Shown one piece after another: positions 22,101-32,900 of a stretch of 54,936 nt of DNA; position 1 is the stretch's first letter; each line of letters opens with the position of its first letter. This DNA is from Schmidtea nova (Eukaryota). Location: the NCBI GenBank assembly GCA_044892505.1, contig CM097883.1, positions 34,472,001-34,526,936 of the forward strand, given 5' to 3'. Below the pieces are notes generated by a model. It did not search any database and was not told where the DNA came from. It was given only the letters and a program-made list of their open reading frames with translations. The position numbers and the translations under genes are program-made.

Positions 22101-23909
22101 TTAGAATATGAGAAAGGACGAATCTTACGAGGAAATCTAAATTCCATGATAGAACAAATCATCCCACAAATCAAAAAACATAGAAAGGAGTTAATGAGAA
22201 GCGAATACGAAAAGTTGAAACGATGTATCGAATGCATACGTGACACAAGTCACACGAGATGGTCACAGATCTCATACGGAAAAGTAATTGCAAAAATGGG
22301 AAAAGCAATGTTCAGACAAGGGAAAATAACAGATCTGAAAATTGCAGTAGAGTTACCTAATGAGGATACCAAAGAAATTGAAGTGGTAGCAGATTGTACC
22401 ATAAAAGAATTAGTAAATGTCATCAACGAGACACTATTACAAAGAGAACCAGAAGAAGAATGGGAAGATGACATAATCATGAAATACAACGAACATGTAT
22501 TATGGGATCACGATGAAAGACGGCTATATAAAATTGGTATATGGGATAATCACCAAACCATCCACGTTATCAGAATGGACGATACACCAAGAGAAACTGC
22601 TAAGGATGAGAAAAGAGAACGGGAACGACAAAAAGAAGTTGTGCATAAATTACAACAAATAGTAGACATTTATCGAAATTGGCGGATTTGGCCAGAATGG
22701 GAAGATGTATTAGAAGAACTCAATCTCAACAGACGATTACGAACACCTGTAGAAAAACAATGGAACGAACGAGGAAAATGTTGGGAACCAAAAGCAGGCG
22801 AATACGAAGAGGAATACGGAATAGGCATAGAAGACGATCACAAACCGGAAACCGGAAGAGTCTGTATGGTAACAAGAAAAGCCATGCCAGCAGATTTAGA
22901 CGGACCAGAAACGACAACCATGTGGTTGGAAAGAGAAAAACAAAAAACGGAAGAATTTGTCGAAATATTAAAAACCAATGCGCACGGCAAGAGAAAAGTA
23001 GTAAAAGGTCTCGCAGATTTTTTCGTAGTTAATGGAGAAGACATAACATGCTTGCGTAAAGTAGCAAAAGCAATCGCCGAATACAAAAGAGTTAACGAGT
23101 GGTGTCCAGAACAATTGGATCACGTGATTAAAAAATGGAGAAACCAAGAATTCTCGCAGGAATCGCCACAGAAAGTACACCTAAGAATAGTATATCCGAA
23201 CCAAGAAAAGGAAGAGTTTTGGGTAGGGATAGCGGAGAAAGTTCGAGACATTAAAAAGAAATTGAGATATGAACCACCATTCCATTTACAACACCAAGGA
23301 CGATCATTAGATAACAGCTTGGAAATTGGAATAACGCCAGCGCAATTAGATATCGCAAATACATTGACAGTGGCAGCAATAGCAGGCCAACCATTGAAAT
23401 TGAAAGAGGAAAAGAAACCAAAAGGAAGTATGAGTACGCCGAGCCCAATGAAATCGGTAATGACTCCAGGAACAAGCTCAGAACAAGCTAGAACAACACC
23501 AAGAGAGACAAGAGAAAGAACACCACCAGAACCATACGATGTAGACGAAATTTTTACAGATAGCGATGATATGTTAGAGGAGTTAATAGAGCTAACAAAA
23601 GAGAAAGATGATAATATTTTCGAAAGAATTCAAGAATTACCAACAGCAATACCGGTAACCAACACCGAAGATGAAGTCGAACAAGAAATAATCATAGAAG
23701 AAGTAAATGAAATAGCAGAAGAGGAAGCAAGGAGGGCAAATGTAGAAAACGTACAATTCACACAAGAAATGGAAAGATGGTTAGAAGAAAGAGCCAATGA
23801 ACCAAGAGACGTCACAGAAGAAACTGGACGAGAAACAAGATTAGTAGAAACGGGCACGACAATGGATAAACGACCTAGAGGTAGACCAAGATGGATCCAG
23901 CAAATGTAG
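19116..23909 (+). CDS. gag: Gag polyprotein (capsid-like region, three CCHC zinc knuckles, N/G/Q-rich repeats, long extension with ubiquitin-like modules)
   Basis: PFNGDASKLETFLKEF capsid-type start; CX2CX4HX4C three times at 20253-20405. The ORF-track start is TTG; the first in-frame ATG is at 19542 and the frame is open from 19083. Confidence 0.9.
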   Translation: MRKGEKSVIIKPAEKNKATKNNNQKGLKGSKARQIIIQKSIIENDKLSVTSNSSSNKENQAEPERNPISEIEVDKTNNDYIEEIEDEVEQETESDDTDNDSKASDNESAKETEIDRNSSDEPNSELETRGNESKITTDSGIEMSEPREEIKDKFSGEPFNGDASKLETFLKEFGIFVEVCKWKPETTVSRIQLYLKDSALDLYLEAKNGTNPPTSWSAIKDFFQQTFGINKVLNEAFTEFSMRKQKINESNAVYASELKKLAKLIFNQDSPINEELMAAIFVGGLRRPDIRAQVGCQGCKTIDQALETANRFELHMIGNDGRIYLAMDTAQNEQEVNLNNHIPNSQQLNRPPPQRRNEGNKVSNYGNQNNYNPQGPTKQCKTCGKLGHWQQECYQNLNCGKCGVKGHSESRCYTITCFNCGRPGHLSRNCGQRSNQRGNWQNTGNRQNYGNQPTGGNRQNYGNQPNNGNQPEYGNQPNSNNNNQNKNTTKEIHLMQEVQRLTELINNTTRGNPQTGQQQINMMRKIESENERLNRESQARHAQEWARIQREEEQKQQERERQPLRINMMRATNQTNTHEKETVPEINPTNPNPTNNEGRKEIIQEDEEAEKETEKEVEKEGNQEEKRKLGKRGMMVILPNKHVFRFQYNIKEEVEILFNKVNEMAPGVTKLPREAFLKIEGAPEVKLKLTDTWENLGVVETKRNVMVIKEIEPEGIPSPVRHETRISRIFKGKMIRRRLGEIDELERKMRKVGVVDDKSESTQKAIKSETRPTENTPSEINQIKHINMLRGQAKKFSDDEEDSDVSSLAGDMLNEPEIEDKKIEVVKTPETIQVKEDEIQKLLDNALEVIYNEEFIDKKHYRKFMRAILQMNYKEWLPGREVETLSQYVGKLLKEPLHEYIILIEIKTCLPRIWIKTPLTEDIYQWVEDRLGSSYKNKFLYSQNGLVKKRTHLIETGIWPGEVTTLSICDDKREENLQEVAKEANMCFEKKIKPRLEYEKGRILRGNLNSMIEQIIPQIKKHRKELMRSEYEKLKRCIECIRDTSHTRWSQISYGKVIAKMGKAMFRQGKITDLKIAVELPNEDTKEIEVVADCTIKELVNVINETLLQREPEEEWEDDIIMKYNEHVLWDHDERRLYKIGIWDNHQTIHVIRMDDTPRETAKDEKRERERQKEVVHKLQQIVDIYRNWRIWPEWEDVLEELNLNRRLRTPVEKQWNERGKCWEPKAGEYEEEYGIGIEDDHKPETGRVCMVTRKAMPADLDGPETTTMWLEREKQKTEEFVEILKTNAHGKRKVVKGLADFFVVNGEDITCLRKVAKAIAEYKRVNEWCPEQLDHVIKKWRNQEFSQESPQKVHLRIVYPNQEKEEFWVGIAEKVRDIKKKLRYEPPFHLQHQGRSLDNSLEIGITPAQLDIANTLTVAAIAGQPLKLKEEKKPKGSMSTPSPMKSVMTPGTSSEQARTTPRETRERTPPEPYDVDEIFTDSDDMLEELIELTKEKDDNIFERIQELPTAIPVTNTEDEVEQEIIIEEVNEIAEEEARRANVENVQFTQEMERWLEERANEPRDVTEETGRETRLVETGTTMDKRPRGRPRWIQQM

Positions 23910-26900
23910 TTATAAAATCAAGAGAGGAAAAAAGACGGGATCAATGGGATTTGTGTCTAAAGAAACTAAATAAAATAGCCGTAACGAAAGAAAAAGAAAC
24001 AACACAAACATACCAAGGCGAGGAATGGATATCAAAGATGTTAATGGAAATACTGGCAATAATCGATCCGGAATTAAAGAAATGGTGGAGAATAAATGAA
24101 ATAAGCGAAAGGGCGAAATCACTGCATAGCGCCATCGCACCAATCCTACCAGAACTAATAAAAGAGAAGACAAGGTCAAATCACCTAGATTGGCAAGGAA
24201 CCACGATGTTGATAAAGAAGTTAACGGAAGGAGCAGAGACGGATAACAAATATTTAATAGCTATGGCATACACCATCTACAATCTGCTGACACTGAGTAG
24301 AGGTCGACTGAAACCCACAGCACTTGAAAGACATATAAAGAATACAGCCAAAATTATAGAGAAAGAAATAGAACCGTACATCATCAGTAAAGGAGGATGG
24401 GAAACATTCACAAAAACGAACCAAAAGAAAAACCAAGCCAAAAATATGAAAAAGAAATTCGAAGAGATATTGGGAGAATTGGAAAAGGAAAAGTCGGGAA
24501 CAGGAAACGGGAAATCATCACTAAACCTGAGTTCTATCATTATGATGATGTTAATATGGATGATTAGTACTGACGGAGCAACAGCATTTGAAGTATTCGA
24601 TTGTGATCAAATGGCATTAGGTGAAAAATACTCATTACGAGGGACAGAACAATGTAAAGACGCAACCCCAACGGAGTTAAAAACATTAAAAAAGAGACAA
24701 TTATACCACGTATATCAGGAAGCTGAACTGATAAGAACAATGGTCAGAGAATGCAAAGTTTATAAAACCAGATTTGCTTTTTATTGTGGACACCGCCATT
24801 ATTCAGCAATCGTGATGCCAGGAACGGAAAGAGAATCGGTAATGCTGCAAGGAGAAGACTGTGAAAAATTATTTAAACATGGAGAAGTAGAGACTAGAGA
24901 TAGAGTAAAGATAAGAGGAAAAACGGGAGTGATATTGCAACAAACATATTATGTAGCAGGAGCTATTACGGGAGGAGAAGGGTACTGCCAAGGAGCAACA
25001 TATCCAATATTCGGAGTAGCAGCAACAAACCTAGTGGTAATAGATACGTATACAGTGGAACTAAAAACGTACGAGGCATTCTTCGATCCAACGACGGGAG
25101 AAATGAAAACTCTACCTATGTGCAAAATCGAGTCAAACACTTGTCAGACTGGTATGTCAACCCTAACCTACCAGATACGAGGGAAGGAATGTCAACTACA
25201 ACTGTTAAAGGAAGCAGAATTCGATGAGATACAAGGGAAAACCTTCCAAGAGGAAGAAGAAGACGAGGCAGCAAGAGGAAAAATACTTCAAGACACAGTA
25301 CGGGGAGAGAAAAAGATTGAAACCCGAACACAAGAAAAACAAATTAAAATGAGAAATACACCAACGGTACTAATTACCTCAGATGCAGATATCGGAATGA
25401 GGTTTGTAAAAGGAAAAACAGCCTTGAAATGCGGAGTAGCCATGTTGGAAACCAACTACCCCGGCATTTTTGTATCAAAACAAGAAGTACCTAGTGCGAA
25501 ACGCAAAGTACACACGAACGATGTTAAATTACACCTTTACATGAACAATAAAATGGATTTTCTATTCCATAGAGGACAAGCGTCACTACAAAAAGTGTAT
25601 TACGATTTAATAAACAACGATTGCATATTAAATAGGGAAATATTAAAGACAAAATTAGCAGTAGCAATCACAAACCCGGATAGTGCAATGCCATTATTAC
25701 CATTAAGAGAAGGTCATTTTGGAAGAGTAGTCGGAGAGGTCATGTACGTATACATATGTAAAAAGACAAATGCGAAGGTAGCGACAATGACAAAACTACA
25801 ACCAGGTCAGTGTACTAACGAACTAGAAATCGAATATAAAGGGAAAGTAAGATATGTACAACCAGTGACAAGAATCATAAATCCAGTAAGTTTCGAACCA
25901 AACCCTTTCAATTGTAGCAACGCATATGGACCACTATACCAAAAACCAGACGGAAATTGGGTTATGTTTCCGTCAAGAACAGAGGTACCAGCACCAAGAG
26001 AATTTGAATTAATGCAACTATCAAAAGGACGAAAATTTAAAGACGTAGATGTAAGCAATATGGGATTCTATAGTGCAAAGGATTTAGAAGCAGCAAGACA
26101 AAACATACTATTTCCGGCAAGACGAGAAGCGGTGTTATCCAGTATTGTAACAATAACAGGAGGAACAAATTACCAAGGTGGACCAAATTACGAATTATTA
26201 TTGTCACCAGCCCACTTTAAGAAGGCAACGGAAAACATGATGAAAGCGATGTGGGGAAGATTTTTAATATTTGGACAAATGATGGCAGGAATACTTGGTG
26301 TTATACTAATTATACAAATAATACGGGTAATAATAACGCAAATGTTAGCCTGTTTTGACATCTATAAAAGAGAAAAGAAAGTAAATTGGAAATTGGTGGT
26401 AGGATTCTTACCATTTTTGGCTAAAACAATGGTATTACACGGTCATTCAAAAGATATTCACCGAATAAAGAGACTCCTAAAAATACTGGCAAAAATGAAA
26501 GGAACCGATGAAGAGGTGGGACGAAAATTTAAAAAGATAATGAATAACGAGCAAGCAAGACAACAACTAAAGAAAGAGAGAAAAGGACTATGGGAAAGAA
26601 TGAAAGGGTACAGAACCCAAGACGATTCCAGTGACGACGATGATGATGATAACGAAGGAGGTCAAGTATTTAAAAATCAAGTACCACAGTATGTCGAAAA
26701 GAATCCAGCGGAAATGTGGAAGTGTTACGCACCCCCACCAACCATGTACCAAGAACCAACACCAGGGATGAGACAAAATACAATGCAAATGATGCCGATG
26801 ACAAACATATATCCTATGATACCAGAAGACTATAGAACGAGACGGTGCAGAAGCGTAGATCCGCAAGGAGACTCACATACAATTGCAGTAATGTCATCAA

Positions 26901-29900
26901 ACACCGGTCCAGTATTAACTACAACAATCGAAATTAACGGAAGGGAAATTGAAGCGATGATTGATACAGGAGCAAATATCTCAGCAATAGATATAAAATG
27001 GATACCACAAGAACAAAGACGGGATATTGAGAGAACCAACGTTCACGTAATAGCATGCAGTAAAGAAGTAGTAGAAGTTTCCGGAAGATGGCGGGTAAAG
27101 ATAAAACATCAAAGCACGGAAATCGAAACGTACGTAGCAGTAATACCAGCACTGAGCGTACCATGCATTATAGGTACGGATCTGATGCCAGCATTATTTA
27201 AAGAAATAGTTATTGACCTCGGAACAATGAGATTAAAGGATAGGACAGGACAGATATGCGCAATAGAAGCAAAAGTAACAAGTTCGAAACAAATAATCGT
27301 ACCAGCACGGAGAGAGAAAATATGTTTCGTAAAAATAGATCCTACAATAGAAGGTGACATGATCTTTGAACCCAGTAAAAGATTTGAAAAGAGAAAGTCG
27401 TTGCCAATGGCAAGGGGATTAGTGAGTGCGAATGACAACGGAGAAATCCCGATAAATGTAGTAAATTTCGATGAGGAGGATAAAATAATTTATGAAAATG
27501 AAAGATTAGGTAAACTAACTCCAATGATAGATATCGAAATACCAATAAAAGAAGGAGTAAAAGAGGAGGAACCCACTTGGAACATTGATAGCCAACTATT
27601 AAATGAGGACCAAAAGAAACAGCTAGAAAGATTACTGATGGAATATAAAGACATATTCGCAACATCCGATTTAGATTTAGGGACATGCGACGTCACACTA
27701 CATACGATTCCACTAACAGACGAAACGCCGATTGCGTTAAGACCATACAAGTTAGCTGAAGCGCAAAAATCAGTAGCAGAAGCAGAGGTACAGAAAATGC
27801 TAGACGCAGAAGTAATTGAACCAAGCTGCTCACCGTGGCAATTCCCAGTTGTAATGGTGAAAAAGAAAGACGGAACACAACGATTTTGTATTGATTATCG
27901 GAGATTAAATGCAGTTACAAAAAGGGATACATACCCATTACCAGACATCAACGAGATGTTATTGACATTACAAGGAGCGGCATACTTTACATCATTAGAT
28001 TTGAAAAGCGGATACTGGCAAATTAAAATGAAGGAGGAAGACAAAGAGAAAACTGCTTTCACTATCGGAAGAGACTTGTACCAATTTAGGAAAATGCCAT
28101 TCGGACTAACCAATGCGCCAGCATCATTTCAAAGATGTATGAATTTCGTTACCCACGGCATAAAACAATGCATGGTTTACATTGATGACCTACTAATCTA
28201 CTCAAGCACATTTGAACAACACATCCAAGATATCAGAGATGTATTTGTGAGATTGAGACAATGGAAACTTAAGCTCAAACCATCGAAATGCGATTGGGCA
28301 AAAGAGAAAGTGACATTCTTAGGACATATTGTGTCCGCAAAAGGAAAGGAACCAGATCCCAGAAACATTGATAAAGTAAAAGAATGTCCAGTACCAAAGA
28401 CGATAACGCAGATCCAAGAATTTCTCGGATTATGCGGTTACTATAGAAAATTCATAAAGGATTACGCAGGAATTGCAAAACCAATCCAGGAGCTAGTAAA
28501 GAAAGACGTATCGTTCATATGGGGAAGCGAACAACAAACAGCCTTCGAAACATTACGAGATAAGTTAATAACTGCACCAATATTGGTTCACCCGGATTTC
28601 AAGAAGCCATTTTTACTCGCAACCGACGCAAGTGGATATGCAGCAGGAGCAGTGTTAGGACAATATGATGACGAGGGAAAAGAGCGGGTAATCGGATATT
28701 ATAGCAGAACATTCAAGAAACACGAGAAGAATTATTCAGTAACGGAAAGAGAAGCATTGGCGATAATATTAGCAATAAAACACTTTAAATATCTACTATG
28801 GGGACACATTATATGCATAACCACGGATCATCAACCACTGGTATGGCTAGGACAACATAAGGAAACATCCAGCAGGTTGATGAGATGGGCGATGCAATTA
28901 CAAGAATATTCACCAGATATAAAATTCAAATCAGGGAAAGCGAATGCCAACGCAGATTGCATGTCAAGATTAACGTTTCCAGAACTAACAGACCCAGAAG
29001 TGCAAAGAATATGCATAGTGATAGCAGAGGATTTGGATTTCAGCGAGTTGAAGAAAGATCAGCAAGAGGATAAAGAACTAAGACCCATCATAGAATTCCT
29101 AAGCTCACGAAATATGGATGTATTCAAAGACAATGCAGAGTTAAAGGAACACATGAGGAAATACCAACATCGATACACAATAGAAAAAGGATGGTTATTA
29201 ATACGAGATGGAGAGAAACGATTAATGTGTCTGCCAGGTAATAGACGAAAAGAGATAATAACTCAATACCATGACGGAAAGTTGGGAGGACACATGTCCG
29301 ATAAGAAAACATTAAATCGCATGAGACAAAAATATTATTGGCCAACAATGGACGAAGACGTAAAGGAATGGATAAAGAACTGTTTAACTTGTGCCACAAG
29401 AAAGGATAGTGGGAAGAAATGGAAAAATCCTTTAAAACCCATGCCAATACCAGCGGAACCAATGACTACCATTGCGATGGATGTAATAGGACCATTGCCA
29501 GAAAGTTTAAACGGGAATCAATATATATTGGTAATAACGGATTATTTGACTAAATTCCCTGAAGCATTTGCGATGCCGGATCAAAAAGCAAAGACCGTAG
29601 CAAGAATTTTAGTAGAGGAAATATGTTGTCGATACGGAACCCCGAAACAAATACTAACAGATCAAGGAACAAATTTTATGAGCGAAATATTAGATGAAGT
29701 AACAAATTACTTCCGGATAGCTAAATTACGAACGTCACCATATCATCCGCAAACCAATGGACAAACGGAAAGATTTAACGGCACATTGATTCGAATGTTA
29801 TCCAATTATGTAAGCAAACACCAAACAGATTGGGATGAATACGTAAAGCTATGTCTAATGGCATACAGAATGTCGATACACGCAGCAACAAAATTGAGCC

Positions 29901-32900
29901 CATTTCAATTAATGTATGGAAGGGAATGCAATATGCCAATAGATCTTGAATATCAACCACCTTTGTCTCAATATATGGAGGAAGATGATTACGTCACCAA
30001 ATTCAAAGAACGAATGCAAGAGATATGGAAGACAGCAGAACTGAACATAAAGTTTTACCAAGAAAGTTACAAGGACCTACACGATCAAAAGAAAAATGTT
30101 AAAACAAATGATCTTAAACCAGGAGATTGGGTAATGATAGAAACCCCAGAAATAATACCAGGAACCGTTAAAAAACTACAAAGACCAGGAAAAGGCCCTT
30201 ACGAAGTTATATACAAAAAGGAAAACAATGTGAAGGTAAAACTTGTTAATCGACCATTGATACGACCAATATACGTTAATACATGCAGATGTAAAAAAGT
30301 ACCAAAGACAATAACCACAGCGCCAGAAGAACGGATAATAACCAGATCCCAAACAGCCAGAATGAATATGCTCAGAGCAACCAATGAAAGTACCGAAGCA
30401 GAGAACAATCAACGAGAAAAAAGAAACAAGGAAATTGTACTAAAAGCCAGAGAAATAATGGGAAAATGGCATGTCAGAGACGATATATTAAGAGATATTC
30501 AGTCGATAATTAGTGATTACGCAAGGGGACTACCAACAAAACCAGTCATTTCAGAACTACTGGAAAAGATTCCAGAAATACTTTCACTAGAAGACATAGG
30601 AGGACAACCAGCACTACATAACGCCATAAAATGGGGAGAAGTAGAGAGAGTAAAAGAATTTCTAAAAATCGCTAAGGAAACAAACCAACACCTTGGTTTT
30701 GGGAATAGCGAACAAGAAACACCATTAATGGTAGCAACCATCTACAAATCGGATAAAGCAATAATAGACCTTTTGATAAATGCCGATTTCAACTGGACGG
30801 AACGTGATAGAGAAAACAAAACAGTCTTGAATCACGCAATATGGAGCTCAAATCAGATAATGCTCAAACAAATAATCGAGAAGGCCACTTGGGAAATAGA
30901 CGAACTGATCAAAGGTGATATAATCAAGGAGGCAATAAAAATCGGTAACTGCAAAACAATACGCAAGCTAATAAAATGGAAAAGATCCGAAAATGATACA
31001 TGGGTATTAAATATAAACGAAGTATACAGTAAAGGACAAAACGCGTTATTACAAATTCTATTAAAATTCGTTTGTGATCAGAAAACACTGTTAACGCTAT
31101 TAGATAGAGGAAACATCATAATGTCCAAAAACAAAGAGGAGTGTAAATTCGAAAGTGAAAAAGAAGCATTATTCAGGAATATTAGGGAATGGTGTACAAA
31201 ATCGCTAACCAAGACGATAACTTACAAAGATATATCCAATTTTCAAGACAAATACAAAACGGTGGAGGAGGAGTATGACAAACTAATAGACATATTAAAC
31301 CACCCCGAAAAATGCAAACAATTCCTATGTCGAAAGGAAAGAGAAAGCAAAAGGAAATTTACACCACTTTTCAGCGCAGAAGTACCATATCAAGAAAGGT
31401 TAGATGCGATACAGGACAAAGCAAAAGAACTATTACCAGAATTCGAAAATTCTAAACATACACTGGAGATACTCGGAGCAATTGTGGAAAAGGTACATGC
31501 ATACGCGGAAGGAACTTACAATGAAAACGATATGATGATCATAAAAAGAGAAATGCCAGTGACTTTCTTATTAACAAAGAATGGAGTATTGCCAATACAT
31601 AGAGCCTTACGAGCAAGAAAAGAGAGGAGGGTAGTCGAAATTGCACGGTTGATGCAAGATTGCGGAAGTGACATGAACATGAAAGATAAAAAGGGAGATA
31701 CCCTCATGATATTTGCAGCAAGAGCGAACACAAAAACCCGAGTGTTACAGGAACTGTACGAAGCAGGTGCAGGACTCATGGGAAGAACTAACAAAGACAG
31801 CTCAATACTAGACGTAGCGTTGTTAACGCACAATTGGGAAGTGATAAATTTCATAAAAACAATCACAAATCAGGAGGAAATAGAATACCTTACAAGGACA
31901 GTTAAAAAAGCTAGCGTACATTCCATGATGCATAACGCTGAACTAACTGAAGTAATACTCAATTGGATGAACCCAAACACCAATGAACCAGCATTCAGGA
32001 TCAACGAGTGCATGGAACAAGGCCAGAATTTATATATAAAGTGTGCATTAATAATAAACAAATGGCCAAAGATAATAGATATCTTCATGAGAAGAAAAGA
32101 TTTACGATTCACAAACAACCCAAAGGAAACAGAACGTACGGACAAATGGAAAGAACTAATGAAAACGTACCTTAATAATTGGATAAAAGCCAAGAAAGAG
32201 ATTCTAGATTGTAAATTAACCGATAAGGAAATACCTAAGCAGGCAGAAACACAAGAATACGAAGCAAGTATACTCACAACCATAACGTATGAAAAAATGA
32301 TAGAAGCAATTAATGTCGAGGACGACATTTTCAACGACCAAAGGGGAGGTGACAATACAGGAAACGACGACGATAGTACTCGAGAAAATCCAGAGGATCA
32401 TGAGTTATCCGATAAAGAGGACAGTGAAGAGAAAGGAAGGGACACAGAGAAAAATGATAAGAACAATGAATTTGGGAAACAAAGAAACAACAACTATAAA
32501 AATAAAAACGAAGTAAAAAGAACAGGCTACAAACAAACAATAAACCCATTCTTTAAACCAGAACTATTATTACTAACGGTAATCATGACCTTAATTAGTC
32601 CAACTCAAGGAATGATATGTGAAGAAAAAGCGACAATACAAATTGGAAACGCAAAAGGAATCGAACGAGTATGTTGGTCAAAAAAGGACAAAATATCGGG
32701 ACAAAATAGTCCAATGGATTGCAGGATCTCAGAATATGAACAAGAAATCATAGAGATCGATGACTTAGAGCTAGATACTTGGTACAGAATGTGCACCGTT
32801 CGGAAACCAAAGGATCCGAGATCACATAAGACAATTGCATGTGCAAATTACCTAACACCCAAGGTAACCATAACAGTACAGCAGTCATCCAAAGGAGACT

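Noticed and set aside
23860-23909. Programmed -1 frameshift between gag and pol
   Set aside because: The -1 frame is closed at 23882-23884 and no X XXY YYZ heptamer lies in the shared open window.
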